Shown here one piece after another: positions 11,240 through 23,474 of a stretch of 64,000 nt of DNA. The notes under the pieces are model-generated. The model did not search any database, had not been told where the DNA came from, and was given only the letters and a program-made list of their open reading frames with translations. Within the stretch, counting starts at the first letter, position 1, and each line of letters starts with the position of its first letter. A program made the position numbers and the translations under genes. The stretch is from Octopus sinensis (taxonomy: Eukaryota). The stretch lies in assembly GCF_006345805.1 (NCBI RefSeq), contig NC_043000.1, positions 79,236,001 to 79,300,000 on the forward strand, in the 5' to 3' direction.

Positions 11240-12896
11240 AATTATAATGATATAGAACATGGAAACTTGTTCATCCTCAAAATTTATTTCCTCTTATTTT
11301 ACAATTTTATTTAGTATATTGTTTATGATCTTTATGATTCACATGTTTCCACTGCACAGATTGCACAGATTATGGGTAGTTGCAGGTGCAACCTGGCATG
11401 ATTTTTGGTGCAGCTTCTTCAGGGTCTAACCATTTAGCTAGTTTCGAAGTGAACTGAATGGAGTTAGTTTTTTTTTGTTAGGGTTCGGAGGGAGGTGGTG
11501 GGGTTATTTTGAAACTGAAATTCAATCCGTTTGTAGGCTTGAGCGGTTGACCTCAAATTCACACCAGTTGCTGTCCAAAGTCAGGGTTTGGTCTAACTAG
11601 AAACAGTTAGCTACATAAGGGACCAGGGCACTAAAACCAAAATAACACACAGTTGAATAAGGGTGTGGGAAGTAATCTAAGAGCCAGAAGTCAAAGGGTA
11701 ACAACTCTAATACATACCAATATCTCCACAAGACAGGACGTGCGACCTGCTAAAAATGCCAGCACATAAACACCTATATATATAAGAAGCTTAGAAATGA
11801 TACTAGACCAATACAAACGAAGACAGCAGAGACTTCTAGTGGAAGCCATAACACAATAAATAATAGAAAAAAGGAATTAAGTTCCCGCAACTGTTCTAGG
11901 GATACAGTATGCCTTTAAAATCAAGATGTTTGGAGAAAAACTTGGTCTATAGATGCAAAATCACTTCTGAGGGAAGGGCGTACTTCTATATAGGGGCAAG
12001 TTCTCTTAATTTCAAGAGAAGGCTGGCCAATCACTTAAGTTCTTTTAGAGATAGAGAAAGATAAAGGATACTAGCCTAAGTAAACTGATCTGGTCAATTA
12101 AAGACAGGAACCATAACTATTCTATAGAGTGGGAAATAATTAGTACAGCTAAACCAAAGCAGACAGAAAGAAAAGGTGTGACTTGTGTATAGGAGAATTA
12201 TACCAAATATTTACATCGAGAAACACATTACTTAATATCAGACTTGAACAGGCCTTAAGATGCGTACACACTAACACAGCAAAACTTTAAAAAAATTGAA
12301 AGAAGGTTCTAGATAACCAATGCTCCACCTACAATCAAGAACATATCTTAAACCCCCAAAATTCATGGTACTCCTTAGCAAACCTAGCATATACTCAATT
12401 CAATGTATACCGCAAAACATAAACAACACAGTCAAGAAAATGAATATATGAACAGCTAAAGACTTTACACTACAAGCACTACACTTGAAATCAAAGCTAC
12501 ACCACACCCAACCACCACAATAAACAAGGAACCCTGCAAAACATCAACCTTGACCTAATTAGACCAAACCCTGACTTTGGACAGTAACTAGTGTGAATTC
12601 GAGGTCAACTGCAGAAGCCTACTAACCGATTGAATTTCAATTTCAGAACAACCTCACCACCTCCCACCGAACCCTAGCCAACAAAAAACCTAACTCCACT
12701 CAGTTCGCTTCAAAACTAGCCAAATGAAGAAGCTGCAACAAAAATCGTGCCAGGTTGCATCTGAAACTGCCCATAATCTGTTCAGTGAAAACATGTGGGT
12801 CATAAAGACCATAATAATATGCTATATAAAATTGTAAAATAAGAGGAAATAAATTTTGAGGATGAACAAGTCTCCATGTTCTATATCATTATAATT
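11240..12896 (+). mobile_element. Penelope-like element 3' fragment (degenerate GIY-YIG) flanked by about 350-bp inverted pseudo-LTRs
   Basis: Arms 11240-11598 / 12558-12896; internal TSLSKLIWSIKDRNHNYSIEWEIISTAKP; degenerate hammerhead CTGAAGAAGCTGCAC..GTGCAGTGGAAACATGT in the left arm (minus) and a weaker copy in the right arm. Confidence 0.8.
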
Positions 12897-13099
12897 CAAT
12901 ATTATCAGTCAGAGAAGTGGACACAAAATTTACAGTGACTGACAACTAATAATAGTTATAGACGTTAAATACTGATCGATGTGCTTAGCTGTAATCTGGA
13001 ACATAACTGAGAGCCACTACAGTATCCACTCGGATGATATATCCCTCTAAACTCTCTCTCATTCACACACATATATGTGTATGTATGTATGATATATAT

Positions 13100-13495
13100 A
13101 TGAAAGAAACTGTCGCATACAGTGCTCAGTGCACTACAACTAAGAAAGCATAAAAGCCATCAGGTGTACTGTTGTTGGATGCCAGGAAGCATGGAAGTTT
13201 TGAAGAATGTAGTGTCTAAACAGCTTACAACTGATACGGGTAGTTTATTCCATGCTTCCACAATTTCAAGCGTGAAAAACTAGTTTCCAAAAGTCATGGG
13301 TGCTGTGTTGTCTTTAATTTTGTAAGCATGTCCACGGGTGTTTGTCATATGGAATACAAAAAAGGTACCCGAGGTTGTTGTTGGAAAGATTATGGATAAT
13401 CTTGTGGGTGTCTACCAAGTCAGTTGCCAAACGTCTGAGCTTCTATGTGTCCATGCCCAGAGAAGCAAAACGTTCAGAGTATGGCAGATGCAAGC
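13100..13495 (-). mobile_element. CR1-clade LINE 3' fragment
   Basis: Homologous to 30517-31000 (YSER..SLGMDTLKLRRLA..L...HKII). Confidence 0.8.
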
Positions 13496-13561
<66 letters not shown>

Positions 13562-13565
13562 TATA

Positions 13566-13596
<31 letters not shown>

Positions 13597-13734
13597 ATGT
13601 ATAATACATATATATATATGTATATATATACATGTATGTATATATGCGTATATATATATGTGTGTGTGTGTGTGTGTATATATATATGCATATATATGTA
13701 TATGTATATATATGTATATATATATGTGTATGTG

Positions 13735-16700
13735 TACACCAGGCGAAGAGAGGTGTATTAGTTTAACGTTTTGGTAGGTGAGAAAGTCCTTTTACATTTC
13801 GAGCTTATGCTCTTCAACAGAAAGGAACTCGATGAAATAAACAGCGAGAGAATAAAAAATCTTTTGGAGCTAGTGGTCAATCATGGTGGCTGGCTGGACA
13901 GAGGTAGTTAGACAGGAGAGCTAGGAAGAAGGGGAGATAATAAAGTATTGGTGATCCCAAAACGATGGTGAGCGTGTGTGTATACGTGAGAGTGTATAAG
14001 TGTGTGCGTGTGAATAGGGGCTGGTGACTTTGACGTGCGGCTGTGTGCGTGTGTGTACGTCCGTAATGTGTGGGTGTGTGGATGCTGGGAAGTGGTCAGT
14101 GTTAGTTTTGCGGATGGTGTGATGTGGTAGTGTGTGGTGGGATGTGGTGATGCAAGTTTGAGGTGTGGGGATGCAAGGATGGGGTGTGGGGATGTGAGGG
14201 TGGTGTGTGGGGTTAAAGTGATGATGTGGGGGTATGGTGGGATATGTGCGGGGTGGGTGGGATGTGTAGGTGTGGGGTGTGGATGGACGGAGTAACGATG
14301 AAGTGAGAAGGTAAAGAGGAAGTAGGTGTCAGAGCAAGAGGGGAGAGGAGAGGTGGGAGGAGTGAAGAGAGGAAGTAGGTGTGAGATGAAGAGAGGAGAG
14401 GAGGGAGGGAAGTTGAGCCCATGTGGCGCAAATGAGCGAAGGGAGAAGATTAATTCCTGTTCACAGCAAAGGAGGAGACCGGATGGCCCCTGAGCAAAGA
14501 CAATCCAAACACAGTTGTGTCGTAATGAATGATCAGTAGAGCGGAAATGGCGTGAGACTGGGGAATCACTGCTGAGTCTAATGTCCTGGAGGTGCTCCGC
14601 GAATCGGTCAGCCAAACAGCGTCCCATTTGACCAATGTACACAGAAGGACAGAAAGAGCAGGAGATGTAGTAAATGACGTTGCTAGAAGAGCATGTAAAG
14701 GAGTCAGTGATATGATAGGGACGATGATGGGTGCCTGTGAGGATGGTGGTGTTGGAGAGGTAGGGGCAAGTGCGGCAGCGTGGGCAGGAACAGGGGAATG
14801 AACCAGGTTGGGAGGTAGGGTTAGGGAAGAAACTGTGGACCAGGAGGTCACGTAGGTTGTGGGCTCATTTGAACACGGGGAGGAGTAGGTTGGGGAAGAT
14901 GGGCAAAGTAGAGGGGTCGAACTGGAGTCGCCGGAAGGCTCGGAGAATGGTGCATTGGAGAGGCAGGATGGAGGGGTGGTAGGTGAGCGGAAACGGGAGA
15001 TGGGTAACGGCGGGGCAGGTGCGAGGAGAGAGAGCAGAGGCGCGGTCCACAGATCGTACCCTGACAAGGGTGGTGTGGATAGTGGTGAGGAGATATCCAT
15101 GAAAGATGAAGTGGTGAGCCATGAGTTGAGACTGAGTCTCAAAGTCATTTATTGTCACTGCAGAGCCTGCGCAGATGGAGGAATTGGGAGAAGGGGATTG
15201 AGAGCTTGGTGTAGGTAGGGTGGGAGGAGGAGAAGTTGAAGTATGAGTGTGAGTCGATGAGTTTGTAGTGGATGGAGGTAGTGGGAGTGAAGTTGTGTAT
15301 GTTGACCGAAATGTTGAGAAAGGCGACGGAAGTGTTTGAAATGGTGCAGGAGAATTCGTGGGCAGCATGGAAGGATTGGACAAAAGAGAGGAAGGAGTCT
15401 AGTTGTTCACGGGAGAACGCAGACGCACCGATACAATCATCAATATAACGACTTATAGTTCGGGAGTGGGGCCTGTGAATCTTGAAAATATTTGGGCCTC
15501 AACATAGCCAACGAACAGGTTTGCATAGTTGGGGCCCATTCTCATTCCCATGGCCACTCCCGAGAGAGCTGTTGGTAAATCTCCCCCGTTAACTAGAATC
15601 CGTTGAGGGAGAGAACAAGTTCGGCCAGATGAAGAAGTGCGCACGTCTCAGGTTGGGGGTTGGATCGAAGGTCTAGGAAGTGTTTGAGGGCAAGAGTCCT
15701 TCGTGGTGTGGGAACACCGTATATAGACTCTTGATATCAAGAGCGAAGCGAAGTTTAGAGGGGCTGGGAGGGAAGGAGAAAGAGTTGAAAAGACAAAGAA
15801 CATGATTAGTGTCGTGGATGTGTGGTGGAAAGGAAGCCACTAGGGAGGCAAGGACACGCCCGAGGTATTTAGAGATGAGTTCAGTGGGACAGTTACATGC
15901 GGGACGATGAGGCGGCCAAGGTTGTTGGGTTTGTGGATTTGGGGAAGGAAGTAAATAGTGGAGATGCAAGGAGTGCGAACAATGAGACTGTAGGCTGTGG
16001 GAGGGAGATAGGAGGAGGAGATAATGTCATGGATAGTGAAGGATACCGTCTGTTGATAGCTAGGCGTGGGTTGGAGGGCAGAGAGCAGTAGAAAGAGGTG
16101 TCTTGAAGTTGGCGGAGAGGTTCAGCCTTGTAGAGAACCGCGTGCCATACCACCACGGCTCCACCCTTGTCGGTCGGTTTTATGATAATGTCTTTGCGGC
16201 GTCGGAGACATCGAATAGCCGAGAGTTCGGCTGGGGAGATGTTCAGATGTCGAGGATGCCTGCGAAAGTTAAACCGGTCACAACACGTTGACAGATGCCT
16301 GCAAAATGATCGACTACTTGGAACTGGCCAGGAGTTGGCGTCCAGTGGGATTGTCGGCGGCCCAGGTCGGTGGAGCAATCCTCTTCGTTAGATGCAGGTG
16401 GAGTGTTGTGAAATAGTGCATATAGCCTGACACGGCGCACAAAGCTATTCAGCACGAGTCTGAAATTTGCTACTGGATGGAATGAGGAGAATAAAGCGCA
16501 GACCTCTACTGAGAAAAGAGCTATCCACCTGAGAGTAAGGAAGATCAGGAGGAATGGTAACAACAGACTGAAGTGGGAGTGTGTAGATGGATCAGATATG
16601 GGAGGGGAGTGGTAGTGGAAGGCTGGGATGAGAGAAAGGAGGAGTAAGTATGTGTGGGGGTTGGAGTGACGGAGGAGTTGAGGTGAGGAGAAGAGGGAGT

Positions 16701-17360
16701 GTATGGGAGAGGGAGGGGGAGGGAAGGAGTTGCGGTAGTGACATTGGATGTGATGAAATGGTGGAGTGAGTGGAGTTTACGTTGTTTAATGCGAGCGAGA
16801 AATTAATGGAAGAGATAATTTAAATGGATTATACAACGTAAAGTAGAGTGTGCATAGGAGGGTGACAGAGAGGCGAAGATGGAATAAGCGAGAGGGAGAA
16901 GGCGGTCGATGGTGTGTATTTTGGGGAGATTGGAACGAATGGTGGTACGCATAAGGCGGTAGGAAGTAGTACAGAGTATGGATAGGATGGCTGAAGCAGA
17001 GTAGAGAGTAAGGTGGAAATTGAAGCAGAAATCTTTGGAAATGAAGCGGTGGTGGAGGCAGCGACTGAGAAATGAAACGTAGCTAGAGAACCTTGTTTTT
17101 TTGAAAATTAGTAGGGAAAGATTAATAGCTTGAAAGCAGCGGAGAGGGAGTGTAGAAAGGTGCTTCTTTAGGCGGTGGTGAAGGTAGAGAAGGAAAAGTT
17201 TGTAATGAGGCATGATTGAAAAATGAGAAAAAAAGGGAGAGAGAAGGTAAAGTAATGACGTATGGAGTATAAAAGGTCGAAAAATTCAAAAGGCAGAAGG
17301 AGAAGAAAGGAAGAGAAGATGAAAAAGAAAAGAAAGGGAGAGAGAAAGAGGCAAAGTAAC
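13735..17360 (-). mobile_element. Near full-length degenerate Penelope-like element (RT + GIY-YIG), 3' pseudo-LTR with hammerhead variant
   Basis: DIKSLYT, GVAMGMRMGPNYANLFVG, RYIDD (about 15430-15452), YIGQMGRCLADRFAEH...HGLN; multiple frameshifts. Confidence 0.93.
13788..13825 (-). ncRNA. Minimal type I hammerhead-like motif with U6
   Basis: CCUUU CUGUUGA A GAGC AUAA GCUC GAAA U GUA AAAGG: 5-bp stem I, 4-bp stem II, loopless stem III. Confidence 0.6.
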
Positions 17361-17383
17361 AACGCACAGATGTATATGTATAC

Positions 17384-17467
<84 letters not shown>

Positions 17468-17469
17468 GA

Positions 17470-17644
17470 TTGACCAACATTATTGATCGCTAGCTCTAAA
17501 ATTTCCAAATTTCCTCATATTCCTTTCTGCTGAAGAGTGTAGGCTCGAAATGTAAAAGACTCTCTCACCTTCCCGAGCGTTAAACTAATAGACCTCTATG
17601 TTGTTTATACACCTGTCATTGTCTTTTGCTTTTCTGTAAATTTC

Positions 17645-17650
<6 letters not shown>
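17470..17650 (+). mobile_element. Isolated PLE pseudo-LTR with hammerhead variant at 17522-17558
   Basis: CUUU CUGCUGA A GAGU GUAG GCUC GAAA U GUA AAAG; inverted homolog of 17697-17880. Confidence 0.75.
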
Positions 17651-17696
<46 letters not shown>

Positions 17697-17698
<2 letters not shown>

Positions 17699-18812
17699 TG
17701 TAGGGAGAGTTTACGAAAAAAACAGAAGACGAAGACAGGTGGTGTACAAAACAAACAGATGTATTAGTATAACGCTCAGGAATAGAAAAAGTCTTTTACG
17801 TTTCGAGCCTACGCTCTTCTACAGAAAGGGACACAGAAAAAAACAAGGAGAGAAAAAAATGTGTGTAGTGGCTAACGATCTATCATGGCGTCTGACTCGA
17901 ACAGAAGGGTCACGCACGAGAAGGAAAGTAGGGGAGATAACAAAGTAAAGATGACCCCCAACACGAAGGTGCGTATGTGTATAAGAGAGTATGTTTGTGC
18001 ATGTGAAAGAGGGCTGGTGGTCTGGACGTGTGAGTGTATGTATGTGTAGGTGTGAAAATGTGGGGATGGGAATTGGTCAGAGCTGGTGTGTGTAATGTTG
18101 TATGGTGTAGTGTGGTGTGGTGTGATGTTGTTGGGAGGTGGGGAGGCGAGAGTGGGAAAAGCACGGGTGGGGTGTAGGTTCGTCTGAGGGTGGGGGTAAA
18201 GTTGGGGTTTGTGGGTAGGCAGAGGGTGGGGGTAGAGGTGGGGTATGTGAGGAGAGAGAGGAGGAGAGAAGAGAGAAAGAGAGTAAGAGAGAAGAGAGAA
18301 AGAGAGTAAGAGGGAAGAGGGAAAGAGGGGAGAGAAAGAGAGAAGAGGGAAAGAGAGTAACGGTGAAGAGAAGTAGGAGTGAAGAGAAATAGGAGTCGGG
18401 TCAAGAGAGGAGAGTTGGGTGGGAGGAAGGAGGGAGGGGGAGAGAAGAGAGAAGGAGAGTGAGGGAGCAGAGAGAAAGAGAGAAGAGAGAAAGAGAGTAA
18501 GAGAGAAGAGAGAAAGAGAGTAGGGGTGAAGAGATGTAGGAGTGAAAAGAAGTAGGGGTCGGGGAGGAGAGTTGAGCCCAAATGGCGTAAAAGAGTGAAA
18601 AGAGAAGATTAATCCCTGTTCACGGCGCAAACGGGAGTCCGGATAGCCTCTGTGCAAGGACAATCCGAACACAGACAGGTGTTGCAAAGAGTGACCGGTG
18701 GAGGGGAAATGGCGTGAAGCCGGGAGATTGCAGGGCGGGTTCGGGGGGAGAGAGCGGATGCACGGTCCATGGAACGTGCTCTGGCAAGGGCAATACGAGT
18801 ATACATCTGCAG
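17697..18812 (-). mobile_element. 3' fragment of the same PLE family; hammerhead variant at 17793-17829
   Basis: ORF 17872-18687 begins QHLSVFGLSL...RREQGLIFSFHSFTPFGLN (GIY-YIG C-terminus); CUUU CUGUAGA A GAGC GUAG GCUC GAAAC GUA AAAG. Confidence 0.88.
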
Positions 18813-18916
18813 TTGGTTAGTATTTATGACATAATCATTTGTAATACAATATCATATATCAGGGACTAAAAATTTGTATAAATAGTCAAGAGTTAATCTA
18901 AAGATGATATATTTAC

Positions 18917-19020
18917 TTTGATAAGAGCATAGCATGATCAAATCGAGGAATGTGAAATCGCTGCCAAGCACAGAATGAATATAAGATTGAGTCTAAATTC
19001 TTTTCTTTGAAGTGTTCCAT
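18917..19020 (-). CDS. Host metalloprotease exon E8 (104 bp, phase 0-2): MEHFKEKNLDSILYSFCAWQRFHIPRFDHAMLLS(K)
   Basis: tttttatattttttttcag-type acceptor, AA|gtaaat donor; L.SFC.WQ...DHA.LL is the ADAMTS hallmark. Confidence 0.93.
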
Positions 19021-19483
19021 CTGAAAAAAATATAAAAATGAAAGAAACAAATTATGAAAAATATAATTCTTTACCTAAATGGGTTTATATCGAACGACTG
19101 TTTTCAAGTATGGGAAGAGTACAGCTGTCATCTGAGTCAGTTATAACGATTGTTCCACCCCACTCTCTGAAATTGTTTTCGTTCTATGAAGGAAAATAAG
19201 GCTAGAGAGGAAGTGCCTGTCATCGGATACATATGGTAAAAGATTGGAGCAAGTGATATGCATGTTGGGAATGAAAGGTCTTGCATGAGTGTAAACCATT
19301 CGTTTTATTTTAATAAATTTTTAATTGTTCATTTCTATGTATTTCTATATGCTTCCCGACCCCATGTTCATTTTGTACCATGCCCTCTATATTTGACCCT
19401 TGTGGCTCGAATAAAATACTTATACTTAATGCAAGTTTTGAAGAGTACAGTTCGATTTTAACAGTTATTTTTTCAAAACTATT

Positions 19484-20569
19484 ATGGAAGTTACAAAGGA
19501 ACATATTTGGCATATTTTGCTTTATTAGTTCATTAAAGCCAACAATTCAACAGAAAGTGCGAGGAATATTAATGCAGTATATGGGTATCAGACAATAACC
19601 ATAAGCAGTGGTTCTAGAAATTCTGAGCCGGATAGACTCCAGTCTAGAAGATGAGCCTCATCCTGAAAAGTCTGTAGCGCTCGACGAGACCATCCTGCAA
19701 GCTCTGGTGGAACAAAATCTCATCGTAGCTGTTGAGGAACTAACAGAGAAGCTTGGATTAGGGCATTCAACCATTCATCGACATCTGCATGCCATCAGAA
19801 AAGTGAGCAAATTTGGGTCAATGTGTTCCTCGCAAACTTTCCAAGTCCAATTGTGCGCAGAGAGTGAATATGTGCTCTTCTTTGCTGTCACGTCTCATGA
19901 ATGAACCATTTTGGGACCGAATAGCAACTGGTGATGAGAAAAATGGGTTCTCTATAAAAAATTCAAGCACCAAAGACAGTGGGTAGCGAAAGGAGAAACA
20001 CTGGCACCACAAGCTAAAGGTCTTCACCCACGTAAGGCATTGGTGTCTATTTGGTGGGATATGAAAGGTCTAGTCCACTTTGAACTTTTAAACCCAAACC
20101 AAATGATAACAAGGGATATCTACAGCAATCAGCTTGAGCAGCTTAAGTCAGCACTAGAAGGAAAATGACCATCTTTGGTTCCAAGACGAAAGGTGTTCTT
20201 CCATCAGGATAATGCTCGGCCACATACAGCGAGGATAACATTCCAAAGGCTGGAGTAGTTTGAATGGAAAACGATACCCCACCCACCATATTTACCGGAC
20301 ATTGCCCCATCTGATTATCCTTTATTCTGCAGTCTTCAAAATTATTTGGATGGAAAAAATATGATTTCTGTAGACGAGGTTAGGTCAGTACTGGAGGAGT
20401 ATTTTTCGTCACGGACAAGTGAATTTTGGAAGAGGGGCCTTGCAAGTCTACTAGACAGATGGAAGAACATTGTAGAAAATGAAGGAGAGTATATTTTAGA
20501 TTTAAAAAGGACTTTATCATAATTTTGAAAAAAAATAGTATAAAATATTATTTTGGGGATGACCCAATA
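19484..20569 (+). mobile_element. Degenerate mariner (DD34D) transposase pseudogene with right TIR
   Basis: MEVTKEHIWHILLY..., TGDEK, HQDNARPHT, HPPY..DIAPSDY read across frameshifts; ends ttttggggatgacccaaTA. Left TIR not found. Confidence 0.92.
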
Positions 20570-20619
20570 AGATATATGTATGCGTGTGTGTGTATAATAC
20601 ACACACACACACACATATA

Positions 20620-20880
20620 GTCCCAAAAACACAAAGAAAAAACACAAGAAAAAACAACAGCGCAAGGACGTGATACATGCAAAGTATTAACAGATGCTCA
20701 GGGAAGGAGAGAAAGTTAGTTTTACATTTCGAGCAAAACTCTTCTTCAGAAAAAGGAGACAGGAAAGTCCAAGAGAAAAAGTAGATGGGGGGGTAAAAAC
20801 CGCCAACAATCCACGTGTAGTTATATTTTGAAATGAAGTAGCCAAATGCCTTGGTGTGCAGACCGCCAAGAGCACCAGTA
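20620..20880 (-). mobile_element. PLE pseudo-LTR fragment with hammerhead motif at 20719-20756
   Basis: UUU CUGAAGA A GAGU UUU GCUC GAAA U GUA AAA; a degenerate homolog is at about 8921-8960 (plus). Confidence 0.65.
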
Positions 20881-20902
20881 ACACCGTACAAGCCTGATAT
20901 AT

Positions 20903-21046
20903 ATATTGTTATATTTTGGGATGGTCATTTATTATTTTATTTTGGCAAACAAACACATGCACTATATATTCATTCTTCACAAATATATAGAGCATGTATT
21001 TATTTGGCAAAAAAATAAAAATGACCATCCCAAAATATAGCAATAT
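20903..21046. repeat. Short imperfect palindrome related to the 32408-33250 repeat family
   Basis: atattgttatattttgggatggtcatttt / aaaatgaccatcccaaaatatagcaatat. Confidence 0.8.
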
Positions 21047-21240
21047 CTATTTCAACACACATTTTCATATCAAGACTCTTACAAAGCAAATACAAGCGTT
21101 CACACGCTAGAAAAAAACTTCTTCCAAAAAGAGGTTAGTAACATCCTCATAAAAGATTTCATAACATTTTTTTAAAAAATAATTTTAAAATAAAAATTTC
21201 CTTTACACTTCAAAAACTGTATTAAGTAATCCTCACAGAC

Positions 21241-21290
<50 letters not shown>

Positions 21291-21489
21291 ATATGTATAT
21301 TACTTAATATACACAAACATGTCTTTATGTGCTATTAATAGTTTCAGATATTGAGAAATACCTAACATAATCATCAGACACAAACCACATATCATAACTA
21401 ACTAAATTTAAGACTATTAGTAGCACATAACATTCATTGTGTATATTAAATAATATTTATCTCTCACCAGATGGAATACATTTTTTTGT

Positions 21490-22760
21490 TGATCTTACCA
21501 TCACAGAACAGGTTCAAAATCTGATGTCATATATGTTGATTTCAGTAAAGCATTCGACAGAGTCAACTACAGCAACATATTGTCAAAATTGTCAAAGATT
21601 GGAATCCATGGAAAACTATTACACTGGATTGAGTATTTCCTGGAGAACAGAACATAACATGTGATCAGAGGAATCCACTCAAGCTCAGCAAAAGTCGCCA
21701 GTGGTGTCCCTCAGGGTTCTGTCTTCGGCCCATTTCTGTTTATTGTCTATATTAACATTTCAAGCAACATCAATCACAGCAAAGTGAAAATATTTACCAA
21801 TGACTCTCAGCTCCAGAAAATTATCAACAGAGAAGAAGACTGAACTGAATTCCAGTCTGAGCTACATGCTGTAAGCCAATGGGCAGACAAAAACAAAATG
21901 CGTCTAAACAAGGGAAAATAAGAACTGATTCATTTTGGAAAAAAGATTATGCTAAAACAACCATATTCTCTTCCCTCAGGGGAACCACTCATAGTATCTA
22001 ATAATATCAGAGTCCTAGGAGCAACTGTTGTAAACAATCTCAGCTGGAGTGTCCACATCAACAATAATGTCAATATAGCTCATGAGATGAACTCTTGGAA
22101 TGTAAGAACCTTCTGGTCCAGAGGACAAGGTGTCATCATTTCTCTTTTCTCCTCCTTTGTATGGCCACACCTTGGATACTGCTGCCCTCTGTGGTCTCCA
22201 CACACAAAACAAAGCATTTCAAAAATTGAATCACTCCAGAGGGCATTCACTAAAAGAATTAAAGGCATGACTGATCTCAATTATTGGGACCACCTTAAAA
22301 CATTGAAACTCTATCCTCTCCAGTGCCATCATGAGTGATACATCATTTGCACAATGTGGAGAATATACCACCAGTATTGCCCAAACAACATCAGCATTAG
22401 TTCCAGAAGGCTAGGACTACAAGCCATACATTCTCTACCAAATTCAGGATCACAACACATAAATACACTGCAACCCAATTTCTTTTCCTCAACAGGCCCT
22501 GCCCGATTCAACTTTGTCCTAAAACAAATCAAAGAGGAAAAAGATTCCATCACATTTAAATGGAATCTGGACAAATTTCTTCAAGGGATAACAAATAAGC
22601 CACCTATACCTGGATACAACTCACTCAACAAGAACTCCCTACTTGAATGGGCCATGATACCACAAAACTTGACTTAAAAAGGATTTAGCAAATCCTATCA
22701 GGTAGCGCTATTAAGTTAGACATGGCCTGGGCCACTCTAAGTCATCTAAATTATATATAT
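21490..22760 (+). mobile_element. 5'-truncated CR1/Jockey-group LINE (RT domain to 3' end), degenerate
   Basis: DVIYVDFSKAFDRV, SGVPQGSVFGPFLFIVYIN, PHLGYCCPLWSP...IESLQRAFTKRI. Confidence 0.92.
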
Positions 22761-22812
22761 ATATACATATACATGAATGTATGAGTGTATAAATATATAT
22801 ATTACTGAAGCA

Positions 22813-23472
22813 ATGGCGAAGGACCGATATCTCTGGAGATGTGCTGTGACTGCAAAGACCCGGGATGCTTCTGGCACCAGTTCCGCATAGCCCCTGCCCA
22901 TTCAAAGTACCTTGGATCCCAGAACATCTCGCTGTGCTTGAGGAGACCTATTGAGTCAAGTGCATGTACATGAACATTGAAACAAACATCAATGGAAATA
23001 GTTGTGATACCAATGCTGGTGGCACATAAAAAGCACCATCCGAACGTGGCCGTTGCCAGCGCCTCCTCGTCTGGCTTCTGTGCCGGTGGCACATAAAAAG
23101 CACCATCTGAACGTAGCCAATGCCAGCACTGCCTCGACTGGCTTCTGTGCTGGTGGCACATAAAAAGCACCATCCGAACGTGGCCGATGCCAGCGCCGCC
23201 TTGGCTGGCTTCCGTGCTAGTGGCACGTTAAAAGCACCAACCGATCGTGGCTGATGCCAGACCCCCCTGGCACCTGTGCAGGTGGCACGTAAAAAGCACC
23301 CACTACACTCGCGGAGTGATTGGCATTAGGAAGGGCATCCAGCTGTAGAAACACTGCCAGATCAGACCGGAGCCTGGTGCAGCCCCTGGCTTCCCAGACC
23401 TCGGTCGAACCGTCCAACCTGTGCTAGCACGGAAAACGGACGTTAAACGATGATGATGATGATGATGATGAT
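22813..23472 (+). mobile_element. RTE LINE 3' end with about 67-bp tandem units in the 3'UTR
   Basis: Five ggtggcac(a/g)taaaaagcacc-headed units at 23017-23300, then the RTE tail and (GAT)n. Confidence 0.88.
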
Positions 23473-23474
23473 AT

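Noticed and set aside
19069-19168. Candidate exon just upstream of E8
   Set aside because: Stop codons in all three frames.
23017-23300. CRISPR-like array in RTE 3'UTRs
   Set aside because: The inter-repeat parts are homologous to each other, the array is inside a LINE 3'UTR, and there are no cas genes.
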